From the NCBI RefSeq assembly GCF_006345805.1, contig NC_043015.1, positions 42,656,001-42,720,000 on the forward strand: 64,000 nt of DNA, given 5' to 3'. Within the stretch, counting starts at the first letter, position 1. Every line of letters starts with the position of its first letter. The notes beneath the pieces are model-generated. The model was not told the origin of the DNA. It saw nothing but the letters and a program-made list of their open reading frames with translations, and did no database searches. The stretch is from Octopus sinensis (taxonomy: Eukaryota). Below, in pieces: positions 36,983 to 49,569 of the stretch. Position numbers and translations under genes: made by a program.

Positions 36983-38222
36983 AGGGTGGGTGAAAGTAAG
37001 TAGGCATTAAAAATTAATAAAATCCATATTCCTTTTAGAAATTTATTGAAACAAATGATGCACGTTCTTTATCACATGGGGAAAATGAAAGTAAGTCTTC
37101 ATATTTCAACACAAGCACCGGTGGCATCAACAAGTTTCCTCAAATGACCAGGGATGGAACGAACCTTCTGAAGGACATCATCTGGGACTTCATTGAGAAC
37201 CTCCTCAATCCATGTCTCCAAGTCCTCCAGAGTGCAAGGTTTTGTCTTGGGTCACCTGCTCTTTTGTGTAACCCCACAGGTAAAAATCACATGGAGTGAG
37301 ACCTACACTTCTGTGGTCAGAATCTTCAGGGTTTAGCTCCTACATGTAATGGGGTTTCCATGAGCTGCTTGATGTGTTGATCTTTTGCGGGCTGTGATTA
37401 GACATTTCCTGCACTGTTGTCACTTTCACTTTCTTCACAGATTGGGATGTGGTTGGATGACCACCTCTTGCATCATTCACAGAGCCCGTGGTCTTCAGCT
37501 TCGCATAACTACTTTTTATTGTCTCTGGACATAATGTTCTTGCTCTATCAGTCGCCATGATAGATCGTTAGCCACTACACACATCTTTTTCTCTCCTTGT
37601 TTTCTGTGGCCTTTCTGTAGAAGAGCGTAGGCTCGTAACGTAAAAGACTTTTTCTATTCCTGAGTGTTATACTAATACATCTGTTTGTTTTGTACACCAC
37701 CTGTCTTCGTCTTTTGATTTTTTTCGTAAACTCTTCCTATGATATTGCATGCTTATTTTTCTATTCATGTCACCATCTCTGAACCAAAACAATGGAATTC
37801 CACACTTCATAGCGTGCTACTATCTTAGCTCTGTCCAGAACAGTCGAGTGACCAGGCATCTGGGAAACAGGAAATAAGAAATATGACAATAGAAAAATAA
37901 AAAAAAATCCCCATTAGTGTTGCCTGTTTTAAAAAAATGTTTTTCGTCATAACTTCACTGATACTAAAAATTCTATAAGCCAGTGGCTTTCAACCAGGGT
38001 TCCGCCAGTACAGTCCAGGGGTTCCGCAAGAAGTTACAAAAATGCTAAAATCGACAGTAATTTTTAATTCTCCTGTGCAGATATGTGTGCATAAGACAAT
38101 TAAATTATTGCACAGGGGTTCCTCGAGCCAGTGGAATGTTTCCTTGGGGTTCCGCTCCAGCAAAAAGGTTGAAAAGCACTGCTTTAAGCAATCTAATACC
38201 TAGTTACTTTCTACCCACTTTG
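36982..38222 (-). mobile_element. Internally deleted Tc1/mariner-superfamily transposon with two nested inserts
   Basis: Imperfect ~27-bp TIRs (CAGGGTGGGTGAAAGTAAGTAGGCATT at 36982; inverse at 38195-38222). Transposase remnants: MPGHSTVLDRAKIVARYEVWNSIVLVQRW (from 37859), AKLKTTGSVND, and LTPCDFYLWGY...TLEDL...LRKLVDATGACVEI* (stop at 37099). Confidence 0.82.
37981..38181. mobile_element. hAT (Charlie-like) MITE, second copy, nested in the mariner relic
   Basis: Same family as 35383. TSD CTATAAGC/CTTTAAGC (7 of 8). Confidence 0.88.
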
Positions 38223-38780
38223 TGTATATATATATGTATGTATATCCACACGAGTGTGTGTGTGTGTGTGTGTGAAATCATTTTACTCGTGGTGAGTATT
38301 ATTAAGAGTTATATTGATCTACAGCAGTAAATGGAGATACCAACACACAAGATAAAGTTAATAGCTTCATGAATTAGTAATACTCCAGTACAATGACTTA
38401 GCCAAATGATTATGTATATATGTGAAAACAACAAGATAAAGAAAAATACCACGTGTTGTTGAAAGGCCTCAAACATATCTGCTTCTTGTGAACTGCAATA
38501 GAGAGAGAGAGAAAGAGAGAGTGTGTGTGTGCAAAAGAGAGGCTGATAAAACATTTATTGGTCACCCAAAAGTGAAACAAAGCAGTTAGGCAGTGAGTGG
38601 TTTAACGTTTCTAATCTGAGCAGTTTTTATTTATTGATTGATTTCCTCTTGAGTCATGCTATATCTGTTGCTGTTTAGCTCCAGGTCAGTCGGGGTGATA
38701 AAGTCGATGTGTGAGCGGAGGCTTTCCAGCCTTGATCGTCCTTCATGTGTGATTGTGCATATTTGTGCTGTGTGTGTGCA

Positions 38781-38835
<55 letters not shown>

Positions 38836-38977
38836 ATGTGTATTCGCGTATTTATAAAATATTTGTAAGCTGTTGCGTTGCTCTCTGAGTACTCCTGACT
38901 GTCTTGTGTAGAACTCGGAGTAACGGTTTGCGAGGTTTGTTTCCAGCTTCAATAAAATAGCATTCTGGGTTCAGAAT

Positions 38978-39325
38978 GGTGTGTGTATGTTTTTGTGAGT
39001 GTGTGTGTGTGTGTGTGTTTTTGTGTGTGTGTGTGTGTGTTTTTGTGTGTGTGTGTGTGTATTTTTGTGAGTGTGTGTTTGCGTGTTTTTGCGTGTGTTT
39101 TTGTGTTTGTGTGTGCGTGTGTATGTGTCTGTGTGTTTTGTGTGTATGTCTGTGTGTTTTGTGTGTCTGTGTCTGTGTGTTTTGTGTGTGTGTGTCTGTG
39201 TGTTTTGTGTGTGTGTGTCTGTGTCTATTTGTGTGTGTCTGTGTCTTGTGTGTGTCTTTGTATGTGTGTCTTTGTGTGTGTGTCTTTGTGTGTGTGTGTG
39301 TGTATTTTGTGGGTGTGTCTGTGTG
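38978..39325. repeat. Degenerate (TG)n tract
   Basis: Direct reading. Confidence 0.95.
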
Positions 39326-39867
39326 GGTGTCTATTCCCCACCTCTGCACTGACAACTTTGTGTTGATTTCTTTACCTTCCCATAACTTGTCAGTTTGGTG
39401 GTGTAAGAGACCACTTGAATGGGTGCCAGGCTTAATAAATAAGTACTGGGTGGGTGGATCTATTTGACTGCAGTTCAATGACTGAGAAGATTAAAAGATA
39501 AAAGATACCCAGCAGTGCCCTTTCTTGACCTGGTCTTAAGTTCACAAACATCCTGACCCCTACCATAATTCCAATGAAAACTTACGTCCTCTCCATAGGT
39601 CCTTTGGCCACTCACTCTCAGTAGGGAATAGAAATATTAAAAACTTGTTTGGTTAGCAGAAAGATTAGAAACTATTTTCCAAAATCATGCTGAAAATACA
39701 TATACAGGTGCATGTGTGGCTGTGTGGTAAGAAGCTTTCTTCCCAACCACATGGTTCCAGGTTCAATCTCACTGCTTGCCACTTTCGGCAAGTGTCTTTC
39801 TACTATATCCTCGGGCTGACCAAAGTCTTGTGAGTGGATTTGGTTGACGGAAACTGAAAGAAGTCTG

Positions 39868-39904
<37 letters not shown>

Positions 39905-40059
39905 TAAATAAGGATAAGATCACACATACATACATACACACATGCATACATACATGCGTGCATACATACGTACATATATATAACGAACTAACTGTTACTT
40001 TCTCAGATGCAGCACAGATTTTTGTCAGTGAACAGGTCGTGGTCTTAAAGCGACGAAAA

Positions 40060-40320
40060 TATTTTGACAAATTACACTTAAATGTTGAAGTGAATTGAAC
40101 GGTTTTTGTGTGTTTTTTAAATGGCTTACAAACACCTTCCACGCTGCAATTGTTTTCGTTTCAGCACACAATCTCAGATCAAAGCACTTGCTATGCAAGT
40201 ACATCTCCGTAAGGGATAAGATCGTTAATTTAAAATAAAATAACGATTTTATCAAGTGGTCAGCATGGGAAAAAAATAACCTTCAAAGGTAATGATTATT
40301 AAAATTATAAATTAGGTTAT
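40060..40320. repeat. Unclassified interspersed repeat; inverse copies at about 15900-15998 and 47455-47565
   Basis: Shared TGTTGAAGTGAAT...AAATGGCTTA and GATAAGATCGTTAATTT...TTATCAAGTGGTCAGCATGG blocks. Confidence 0.6.
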
Positions 40321-41842
40321 CTATGAGATACCACCATGCTGAAAATAGCAGCCATGATCTGACTCTAAAACCACCTTAATTGTCCATATATCAACACGGA
40401 GAGAAAACAAGGAGACAAGATGAAACTAGTAAAAAATTACTGGATAATTCTACTAATTATATACATTTTATAATCTGCTGCCAACAGATGCAAACTTGAG
40501 CCAACAAGATCCTCTATACAGATATTTTATCTGATAGAAATAACATCCAAATCTCCCTCATAGGACGGAGGGATTGTTTGGCTACTATTTAATCCTGTCT
40601 CCTGCTTTTCCTCTTTGGAGTCTATTTTGTGTTAGACACTTTTTGAAAAGAATCAACAACTTCAATAATGCTAGTTAGTGAGAAATGTCTTTGTGAATGA
40701 TCTTTTATATGATATAGAAGACAGCATGGTGAAACACCTGTCTACTTCTAGACAGTTTTGTAATCTGTAGTTTATAATTGATTTTATGATAATATTGTTG
40801 GGAATTCCCTGCAAAGTTCTAATTGTGTTTTAAGCCAGATTTCTTACTTTTGAACCAAAGAAACCTGGCCAGAAGGGTTAGAGAGTGTGTGAGTGTATAA
40901 AGAATGAAAATAAAAAATAATAAAAGGTATAAATGATGTGTAAGAGTGCTTTTCAGTAAATTAGTTTATACCTGCACATAGAGAAATATGCCACCTGTTG
41001 AGATATTTTCTATTATGTAACAGGTGCTTTTCGAAGATTATTCATACTTTGTGTTTAAGTGTGTGTCTGTGTGAATGTTTAAACATGTAGGTGTATGCAT
41101 GTATGTATGTATGTATGTGCATGCATTTGAATGTGTGTGTGTGTTTAAACATGTAGGTGTGTGTGTGTTTAAACATGTAGGTGTGTGTGTGTTTAAACAT
41201 GTAGGTGTGTGTGTGTGTTTAAATATGTAGGTGTGTGTGTGTGTTTAAATACGAGTGAATTTAGTAGACAAAAACTGAAAGAGGCCTGTTGTGTGTGTGT
41301 GTGTTTCCGTTTCCTTGCGTTGACATAACCTGATAGTTGTGAATGAGTCACCATCAGACAAGAAGTAATCTTCTGTGAAAATACATTTGGTCTGGCCACG
41401 GGGGAATAAATCTTACTTGGAAGCAGGTGAGGGTTGGCGACAGGAAAGGCATCAAGCCATTGAAAAATTTGCCTTGGCAAATTCCATCCGACCCATGCCG
41501 GCATGGAAACGTGGATGTTAAAATAAAATACTTTGACTTCATCTAAGTCACAGCTTTGCTTGATTCAATATGTACAGCAAAACTGTTTTATGAAGTAGAA
41601 AGTTTCTGGTTGGAACAACATAGAATGAAGCGTTTTGCTCCAGAACACAACACACACTGCTCGATCCAGTTTTTATTTATTTATACTAGCTGATTACTAA
41701 TTCAGACCTTTATTAGCTTTTTCTTACTCTAATTCCTTTTATTAGTAATGTTTACCCTACCTCATCAAACCTGACTGAGGAATCTTCTGTTCAGTTTTTC
41801 AATCCATCACCAACCTGTTTTCGATCCAGACATAATATATCT

Positions 41843-42008
41843 AGGACTACAGGAGCGGCTGTGTGGTAAGTAGCTTGTCTACCAACCACATGGTTCCGGG
41901 TTCAGTCCCACTGCGTGGCACCTTGAGCAAGTGTCTTCTACTATAGCCTCGGGCCGACCAAAGCCTTGTGAGTGGATTTGGTAGACGGAAACTGAAAGAA
42001 GCCTGTCG

Positions 42009-42041
<33 letters not shown>

Positions 42042-42246
42042 TTGTGTGTCTGTGTTTGTCCCCCTAGCATCGCTTGACAACCGATTCTGGTGTGTTTGCG
42101 TCCCCGTTACTTAGCGGTTCGGCAAAAAGAGACCGATAGAATAAGTACTGGGCATACAAAAGAATAAGTCCCGGGGTCGAGTTGCTCGACTAAAGGCGGT
42201 GCTCCAGCATGGCCGCAGTCAAATGACTGAAACAAGTAAAAGAGTA
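41843..42246 (+). mobile_element. SINE family A
   Basis: Full-length plus-strand copy. Confidence 0.9.
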
Positions 42247-42511
42247 TTATCCAATGTGTTACGTCTTTAAGATAGTGGAGTGTGATTATGAACATTATTT
42301 GACTGTTGTTTCTAGCTAGCAGGCCGAGCAACCATTTAGAGGGTTTGTTTTCCTTTTTTATGTTAACAGGAATATGCAATAAGAGCAATTGTATTGTTTC
42401 CTCAGGTGGAATCAATACAGCAGGTGTTGCATTTTCGTTTGCTTTCCCTCCTCAAACACTTGTCGTTTACAAACACATTTAGTCAACGAAACCTTTCTTG
42501 TCACAGTATTT

Positions 42512-43248
42512 GCACACGCGCATGCACACACATTTACACACATGCACACACCTATGCGCACACGCATACACACACATACATGCACACACATACATGCACA
42601 CACATACATGCACACACATACATGCACACATATACATGCACATATACATGCACACACACATACACACACACATGCATACATACATATGCACACATACATA
42701 CGCACACGCACATACACACGCACATACACACACATACACACACATACACACACACATACACACACACATACACACACACACACACATACACACACACACA
42801 CATACACACACATACACACACACATACACACACACATACACACACACATACACACACACATACACACACACACATACACACACACATACACACACACATA
42901 CACACACATACACACCCATACACCCACCCACCCACACACCAACCCACCCACCCACACATACATGCACACACCCACCCACACACATACACATACATACATA
43001 CACATACATACATACACATACATACATACACATACATACATACACATACATACATACACATACATACATACACACATACATACATACACATACATACACA
43101 CACACATACATACACACACATACATACATACATACACACACACATACATACATACACACACACACACATACACACACACACACACACATACACACACACA
43201 ACACACACATACACACACACACACATACACACACACACACACATACAC

Positions 43249-43277
<29 letters not shown>
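42512..43277. repeat. Degenerate (CA)n/(CATA)n tract
   Basis: Direct reading. Source of the His/Thr- and Cys/Val-rich pseudo-ORFs. Confidence 0.95.
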
Positions 43278-43281
<4 letters not shown>

Positions 43282-43981
43282 CCATGGGCTGGCCATTGCT
43301 TTGTGACTAAAATTGGTTAATAGAAACTGTACAGGAGTGTTAAGACCGATCCTTCTGGTGGTGTAAAGCACTCATGGCAAGCCATGTGAAAGCTCCCATG
43401 TGGCGCCACATGAGAGCGCCCAGCACACTCTGTAAAGTGGTTGGCATTAGGAAGGGCATCCAGCCATGAAGACCACGCCTAATCAGAATGGAGTCTGATG
43501 TAGGTTGCCAGCTCTGGTCAAACCATCCGACCCATGCCAGCATAGACAACGGGCATTAAATAATTGAGATCATGGAAGCCTTGTTCACATACATAGCATG
43601 AAACAATGTCACGGCTTACATAATAGTACCACTGTTTGCAGTAGTGTATCATAAGATCATTTCTGGCTGTTCAATAGTTCTGTCATGCAAGTGGCAAAGG
43701 GAATAAGTATTCTGGAAATGAGTAGAATTGGTAATAGGAAGCTTATCTGATTTTTAGAATACTCAACAAAATTGCATCTAACTCATACTGGTATGGAAAA
43801 AGTGGATGTAAAGATGTTTGATTTTTAATTGCCTGATAGCAAGAATAATTTCAAATTATTGATTTTTCTTTGCTCTAACCTGTCAATATTCTCTACTTTA
43901 TAGCTTTATTCACACTTCACACATATGCATGTATATGTCTGTGTGGGTGTGTGCTCATATATGTGTGTGTGTGTGTGTGTG

Positions 43982-44027
<46 letters not shown>

Positions 44028-44036
44028 GGTGGCGAG

Positions 44037-44265
44037 CTGGCAGAAACGTTAGCACGTCTGGCAAAATGCGTAGCCGTATTTCGTCTGCCGTCACGTTCTG
44101 AGTTCAAATTCCGCCAAGGTCAACTTTGCCTTTCATCCTTTTGGGGTCAATAAATAAAGTACCAGTTTCGCACTGGGGTCGATGAAATCGACTTAATCCG
44201 TTTCTCTGTCCTTGTTTGTCCTCTCTGTGTTTAGCCCCTTGTGGGTAGAAAAGAAATAGGTATTC
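44037..44265 (+). mobile_element. SINE family B monomer
   Basis: Follows a (TA)n tract and ends GAAATAGGTATT. Confidence 0.85.
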
Positions 44266-44870
44266 GAGTACCATTTTTCCACCTTGTTTCACATTTGTGC
44301 TTACTCTCGTGTATTATATAAGGTAACAAAGGAAAAAAATTCCTTCAAAGGGGTGAATTGTCATTTGTATCTCCCTATTTAATTTGTTTATATGTATTGA
44401 CACACACAAACACGTTCGTTCATTTTTGCATCTATTTTTTCCAATCTTACATAAATCAGATGAATATATTACTGAGGTTTAAAAAATATAGTTCCCAATC
44501 AAAAAAAAAAGAAAGTGTTTAGTCCAAGTCAGCCCTGATAAAAGGGCCCTATGATCAAAGGCGTTCTAGCCATGACCATCATGGCTTTTTGTGTATTAGA
44601 AACACCACTGTCTGATGTGTCTATTGTATCCTTTTGGGATGGCATTATGTAATTTGAAGATAGATTTGACTGCTATTTCCAGCAAGCTAAGTGACTGTGT
44701 AGAGGCTCCCTTAAGTTGCAATGAACCAGTTGAGAAGTTATGCAGAGAGAGATACTTTGTTGGAAGGATTGGCCCATAATTGGCCCAGTTTTTAGTGTTT
44801 ACTGATGCATGTCTTGTTTATGTTTCTTGGTTCTGTGTTCCGTTGTAACTGTTTTTCCTTTCTTTTCTAG

Positions 44871-44962
44871 AAACGGTTACAGAAAGAACTTCAATCACTA
44901 ACAAAAGATCCTCCTCCAGGATTGTGTGTAGATATCAAGAGCATTGCTAAAAGCATGTCCGA
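44871..44962 (+). CDS. UBE2W: UBE2W exon 2 (KRLQKELQSLTKDPPPGLCVDIKSIAKSMS+GA)
   Basis: Polypyrimidine tract + TAG acceptor, 92 nt, GTAAGT donor. KRLQKEL...DPPPG is the E2 helix-1 signature. Confidence 0.96.
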
Positions 44963-46186
44963 GTAAGTATCTGATGTTTGTCTCTTTTTTTAAATGTTCT
45001 TTTAATTGTTTTTTCTTTTTTTAGTAAGGAAGCTGAACTGGCAAACAGATTAGGTAGGGAGCTGTTGTTGTCGTCTTTAACATCCACTTTTCCATGCTTG
45101 TATGGGTTGGACAGGATTTGTTGTGGTGGATTCTTCTATAGCTTGGATGCCCTTCCTGTCACCAATCCTTCCCTGTTTCCAAGTAAGAAAACATTTCCTC
45201 CTGGCCAGACAAGTTTTCAAGGAAGATTAAAAATAGACACTGCTTGCATGGTGGTGGCACTTGTTTACAACTATCATCCCATGTTAAGGCAAGGAGAGAG
45301 AGTAACACGCATCTGCACACACACACACACACACACATCAGGCTTCCTTCAGTTTCCTTCCATCAAATCTACTCATAAGGTTCCTAGGGTTCCTGTGTGG
45401 CATCTTGGGCACTTGTCCAGGATTCCACACAGTAGAACAGAACCAGAGACCATGTGATTGGGAAGCAAACTTCTTACCATCTTACCACACGTCCTCGTCT
45501 GTGACTAGCCATGCCTGAGGAGCAGACACAAAAAAATGCCTTGTGGTATTTAGTTTGTCCCTTTTGTACATTTTGTGCTTGAATCTCGTTTACAATGTTC
45601 CAGCTTCATTAAAATAAGCAGTAGTGACTTACTGGGGTCAATTTAATCAACTATGCCCCTCCCCCAATTTTGTCATATCATGTGTCATTAGAAAATCAAT
45701 CTTTAGCTAAGACTAATGATGGCACCTGTGATTGGTCAGTTGGCTAGAAATAGTAGCCAGATCACATGCTGGTCCCATGCATGGAATCCCTGTGCTGCTC
45801 CCATGCATGGAGCACCCAGTCCATTCTGTAAAGTGGGTCATGTTAGGAAGGGCATCCAGCTGTAGAAACCATACTAAAACAGAGACAAGTGGAGCTTGGT
45901 GCAGCTCTCTGGCTGGCTAGCAAACCATCCAATGGAAATGGACATGAAATGGGGATTAATGATGATCCCCTTTGAAACTACATAAGAGTTCACTATACCG
46001 GGATGATCTTATAATCCCAAAATATTTCCATTTTTTGCTATACTTCTTGAGGTCACTCACTCCCTGCTGAAGTCTATTTTTGAAATCAGTTTACTTTCCA
46101 AGAGTTGTCTACCCATGACTTTCTTGAACAGAATTAATCATTAAGGTGAATGATTAGTTTCTCTCAAAGGCAGCTAGCTCACAGAA

Positions 46187-46635
46187 ATGTTAGCATGCCG
46201 GGCGAATTGCTTAGCAGGTATTTCGGCTGCTGTTACGTTTTGAGTTCAAATTCCACCGAGGTCGACTTTGCCTTTCCTCCTTTTGGGGTCGATAAATTAA
46301 GTACCAGTTACGCACTGGGGTCGATGTAATCGACTTAATCTGTTTGTCTGTCCTTATTTGTCCTCTCTGTGTTTAGGCCCTTGTGAGTAGTAAAGAAATA
46401 GGTATTTCGTCTGCTGCTATGTTCTGAGTTCAAATTCTGCTAAGGTCGACTTTGCCTTTCGTCCTTTCGGGGTCGATAAATTAAGTACCAGTTATGCACT
46501 GGGATCGATGTAATCGACTTAATCCGTTTGTTGTCTGTCCTTGTTTGTCCCCTCTGTGTTTAGCCCCTTGTGGGTAGTAAAGAAATAGGTATTTCGTCTG
46601 CTGCTACGTTCTGAGTTCAAATTCTGCCAAGAGAA
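46187..46635 (+). mobile_element. SINE family B head + dimer + start of third unit (UBE2W intron 2)
   Basis: Junctions at about 46400 and 46587. Confidence 0.88.
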
Positions 46636-46791
46636 ATAGTTTAATTAGCCCTATTTATAAACCTATACAGGTTACATATATACTGTTAATTGCCCATTTT
46701 ATTGTTGTATATAGGTGAACTGGGGTTTTGCATGAACTTGTCCTTTACTTTCTAATTCCCTTGTCTGAAAGAAATTTGCTTTCCTTTCCAG

Positions 46792-46894
46792 ATGGATTGT
46801 CGATTTGGATGGTGCATCTGGCACTTTGTACGGTGGTGAGAGCTTCAAACTCTGTTTTAAGTTTGGTCCTCGTTATCCATTCGAGTCTCCTCAG
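46792..46894 (+). CDS. UBE2W: UBE2W exon 3 (E-WIVDLDGASGTLYGGESFKLCFKFGPRYPFESPQ)
   Basis: TTTCCAG acceptor, 103 nt, GTAGGT donor. Phase 2 joins exon 2 (GA+A=Glu). Contains the E2 motifs GTLYxG and YPFxSP. Confidence 0.96.
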
Positions 46895-46965
46895 GTAGGT
46901 TTCGTTTAACTTTTCCCATGCCGGTGGCACGTAAAAAGCACCCACTACACTTATTTAATTTACAC

Positions 46966-47009
<44 letters not shown>

Positions 47010-47049
47010 TATGCTAGCATGGAAAGCGGACGTTAAACGATGATGATGA

Positions 47050-47410
47050 AACAATAACTCTGAGCACCTTTTCAAACTCCACCCATCTAACACCCGTGGA
47101 CATATTTACAAAGTCAGAAAACAGCACAGCTCCCATGACTTCAGCAAACATTTTTTCACGCTGAGAGTTGCTGAAGCGTGGAACAAACTGCCGGCATCGG
47201 TTGTTAGTTGTCGGAGCACTGCATCCTTCAAGACTTCCATGCTTCCTGAGATTCGCAAACACTACACTTGATTTTCTCCCCTCCATACACACACAAGCAT
47301 GTTCACTTTCCAGACATTTCTACATTACTGCATGTACTTTATATGCACTTTCTGACAAGTTGTGGTGCACCTGAGCACTGTATACAATAATTTCATTATT
47401 ATTATTATTT
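47050..47410 (+). mobile_element. CR1-clade LINE 3' fragment (ORF2 end 47050-47271, 3' UTR and (ATT)n tail)
   Basis: Open frame ...NTRGHIYKVRK...KHFFTLRVAEAWNKLPASVVSCRSTASFK...* matches the TRGH / FF..RV...WN.LP..VV...S..SFK CR1 signature. Confidence 0.85.
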
Positions 47411-47420
47411 ATATATTATA

Positions 47421-47453
<33 letters not shown>

Positions 47454-47577
47454 ATTATAAATTAGGGTATCTATTTCAATAATTATTACCTTTGAAGGTT
47501 ATTCTTTCCATGCTGACCACTTGATAAAATCGTTATTTTATTTTTAAATTAACGATCTTATCCTTATTTATATAAAT

Positions 47578-47935
47578 ACTAGCACTATGACCCGGAAACG
47601 CCGGGTCATAGTGCTAGTGCATGCATATACAGCTGCGTGCATGCGCACATACACGCGAGTACTGTCGAAATATCCGACCAGTCACATACAGCTAGCTGGC
47701 ATTCAATTGGCGTATCAAGTTTCGGGCATTTTGATTGGGTTTTGGATAGAAAATCCACAAAAATGTCACTTCTATTGATTTTTTAATGGCTTTGCGGGGT
47801 GACTGGGGAAATGTAGAGATGTGCACGACCACCCTTGGACGGTTTTGAATGACCACAGAAAGTGCGAACCCTCTAACTGAAAAATTGTGGATTTGTATAA
47901 AGGACGCACACACAGACATTTTGCTGTTTTTATAT
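47578..47935 (+). mobile_element. Non-autonomous Helitron-like element (ACTAGC start with 5' hairpin; CACACACAGAC...TTTTATATA end)
   Basis: The terminal architecture resembles Lep1/DINE-type rolling-circle elements. No TSD and an AT-rich target. Confidence 0.55.
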
Positions 47936-47951
47936 ATATATATATATATAT

Positions 47952-48985
47952 ACTAGCAGTATCGCCCGGCGTTGCTCGGGTTTGTAAGGGAAATAACTAT
48001 ATAAGCATTTTTAGAGAGTTATAGCAAAAAAATGCATTAAAAATTGAAAAAAAATTAAGGTAAATTTTTCTTTAAATCGTTGACACATCGTAGATATTTT
48101 TAGAGAGTTACTTCCCTTATATAAAAGCGAAAAAAATGCATTAAAATGGAAAAATATGATCGTAATTTTTTTTTAAATCGTAGACTCATCGTAGACGCGC
48201 GCTAATACCCTGAAGGGCTCGTTTGTTATTCTGGGTAACTTTCTGTAAAATTATTAAAATTTTGTTCAAACATCGCTATAGAAAATGGGTTATTAGCTAA
48301 TATTCAATTGGGTATACAACAAAATTTTACGATAGAATTTGTTATTCTGGGTAACTTTCTGATACCCATAATAATATTTATGGTAAAATAGGCCTTAATT
48401 TCATTTAAGGTTGTGGGAAATAACAAACTATCGTTTCTTTCGTTTTGTTTACGTTTAGCGTAACAGTTCGTTTCTGCCGTAATGATTTCAAATGGGCTCA
48501 TTTGAAAAAGTAAATAGAAATAGTGTAAGGCTTTACTCTTCTGGGAAAGTCTGTGGCTTGGTCCAGTTTCTTCAGAAAACTCACCGAAAGAAACAGTTTT
48601 TAAATTTTCACTCCATTCAGGTGCTAATTCGTGTTCTTAATCGCTGTCGGATTCACTGTTTTCACTTTAATAGCTGCCAACTTGCAAAAACAAAGGAGGA
48701 GAAGGGTGATAGCGTCAGTGAAACAATTCGCTCCCTTTGTGTGTGTGTGCGTTTGCGTGTGGTGTAAACCAGACTAAGAAAAGCATTTGACACACACACC
48801 AGAATGTGAGTTTTCTGTAAATTTTGCTTAATTGGAGTTTAAATTTTAAAAACTGGACCTGGCATGACGCGATGCATTGTACTCTTAAAATTGCTAGGTA
48901 AATTGTAATTGAAGAAATCCTATATTGTAGATTTCTATAACTCCCAAAGGGAGGCAGATAAAATCTGCCTTTTATAATAAGAGAT
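47952..48985 (+). mobile_element. Helitron-like element carrying a piggyBac transposase fragment
   Basis: Start ACTAGCAGTATCGCCCGGCGTTGCTCGGG. Subterminal hairpin AGGCAGAT-AAA-ATCTGCCT, then TTTATAATAAGAGAT end. Confidence 0.6.
48222..48680 (-). pseudogene. piggyBac (DDE_Tnp_1_7-like) transposase N-terminal fragment
   Basis: FSEETGPSHRLSQKSKALHYFYFF / FEIITAETNCYAKRKQ...PTTLNEIKAYFTINIIMGIRKLP matches the F...GP...F.LFF / ETN.YA.Q...T..E.KA..G..I.MG..KLP motif. Confidence 0.75.
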
Positions 48986-49249
48986 ATATAGAGGGAGAGT
49001 TTATGAAAAAAACAAAAGACGAAGACAGGTGGTGTACAAAACAGATGTATTAGCATAACGCTCAGGAATAGAAAAAGTCTTTAACGTTTGAGCCTACGCT
49101 CTTCTACAGAAAGGTACACAGAAAAAACAAGGAGAGAAAAAAATGTGTATAGTGGCTAACGATCTATCATGGCGACGATTTATATATATATATTATATAT
49201 ATATATTATATATTATATATAATATATGTATATATATATATATATATAA

Positions 49250-49340
<91 letters not shown>

Positions 49341-49413
49341 CATGCATGCATGCATGCACACCTCTAAAACTCATGTAAATTGCTAATTGGTGCCAATGTT
49401 CTTTCCCTTGCAG

Positions 49414-49569
49414 GTGACCTTTATAGGTAACAACATACCTGTTCACCCACACGTTTACAGCAACGGTCACATTTGTCTTTCAATATTATCTGATGACTGG
49501 TCTCCAGCCCTGTCTGTACAGTCCATCTGCCTTAGTATCATCAGTATGCTCTCCAGCTGCCGAGAAAAG
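49414..49569 (+). CDS. UBE2W: UBE2W exon 4 (VTFIGNNIPVHPHVYSNGHICLSILSDDWSPALSVQSICLSIISMLSSCREK), catalytic Cys91
   Basis: TTGCAG acceptor, 156 nt, GTAAGA donor. HPH replaces the canonical E2 HPN motif, which is diagnostic of UBE2W. The active-site Cys in GHICL is residue 91 of the assembled protein. Confidence 0.98.

Noticed and set aside
42389-43371. 200-400-aa His/Thr- or Cys/Val-rich ORFs (also 924-1810, 38852-39478, 53703-54966)
   Set aside because: They are translations of (CA)n/(TG)n tracts that lack stop codons, with no splice or domain support.
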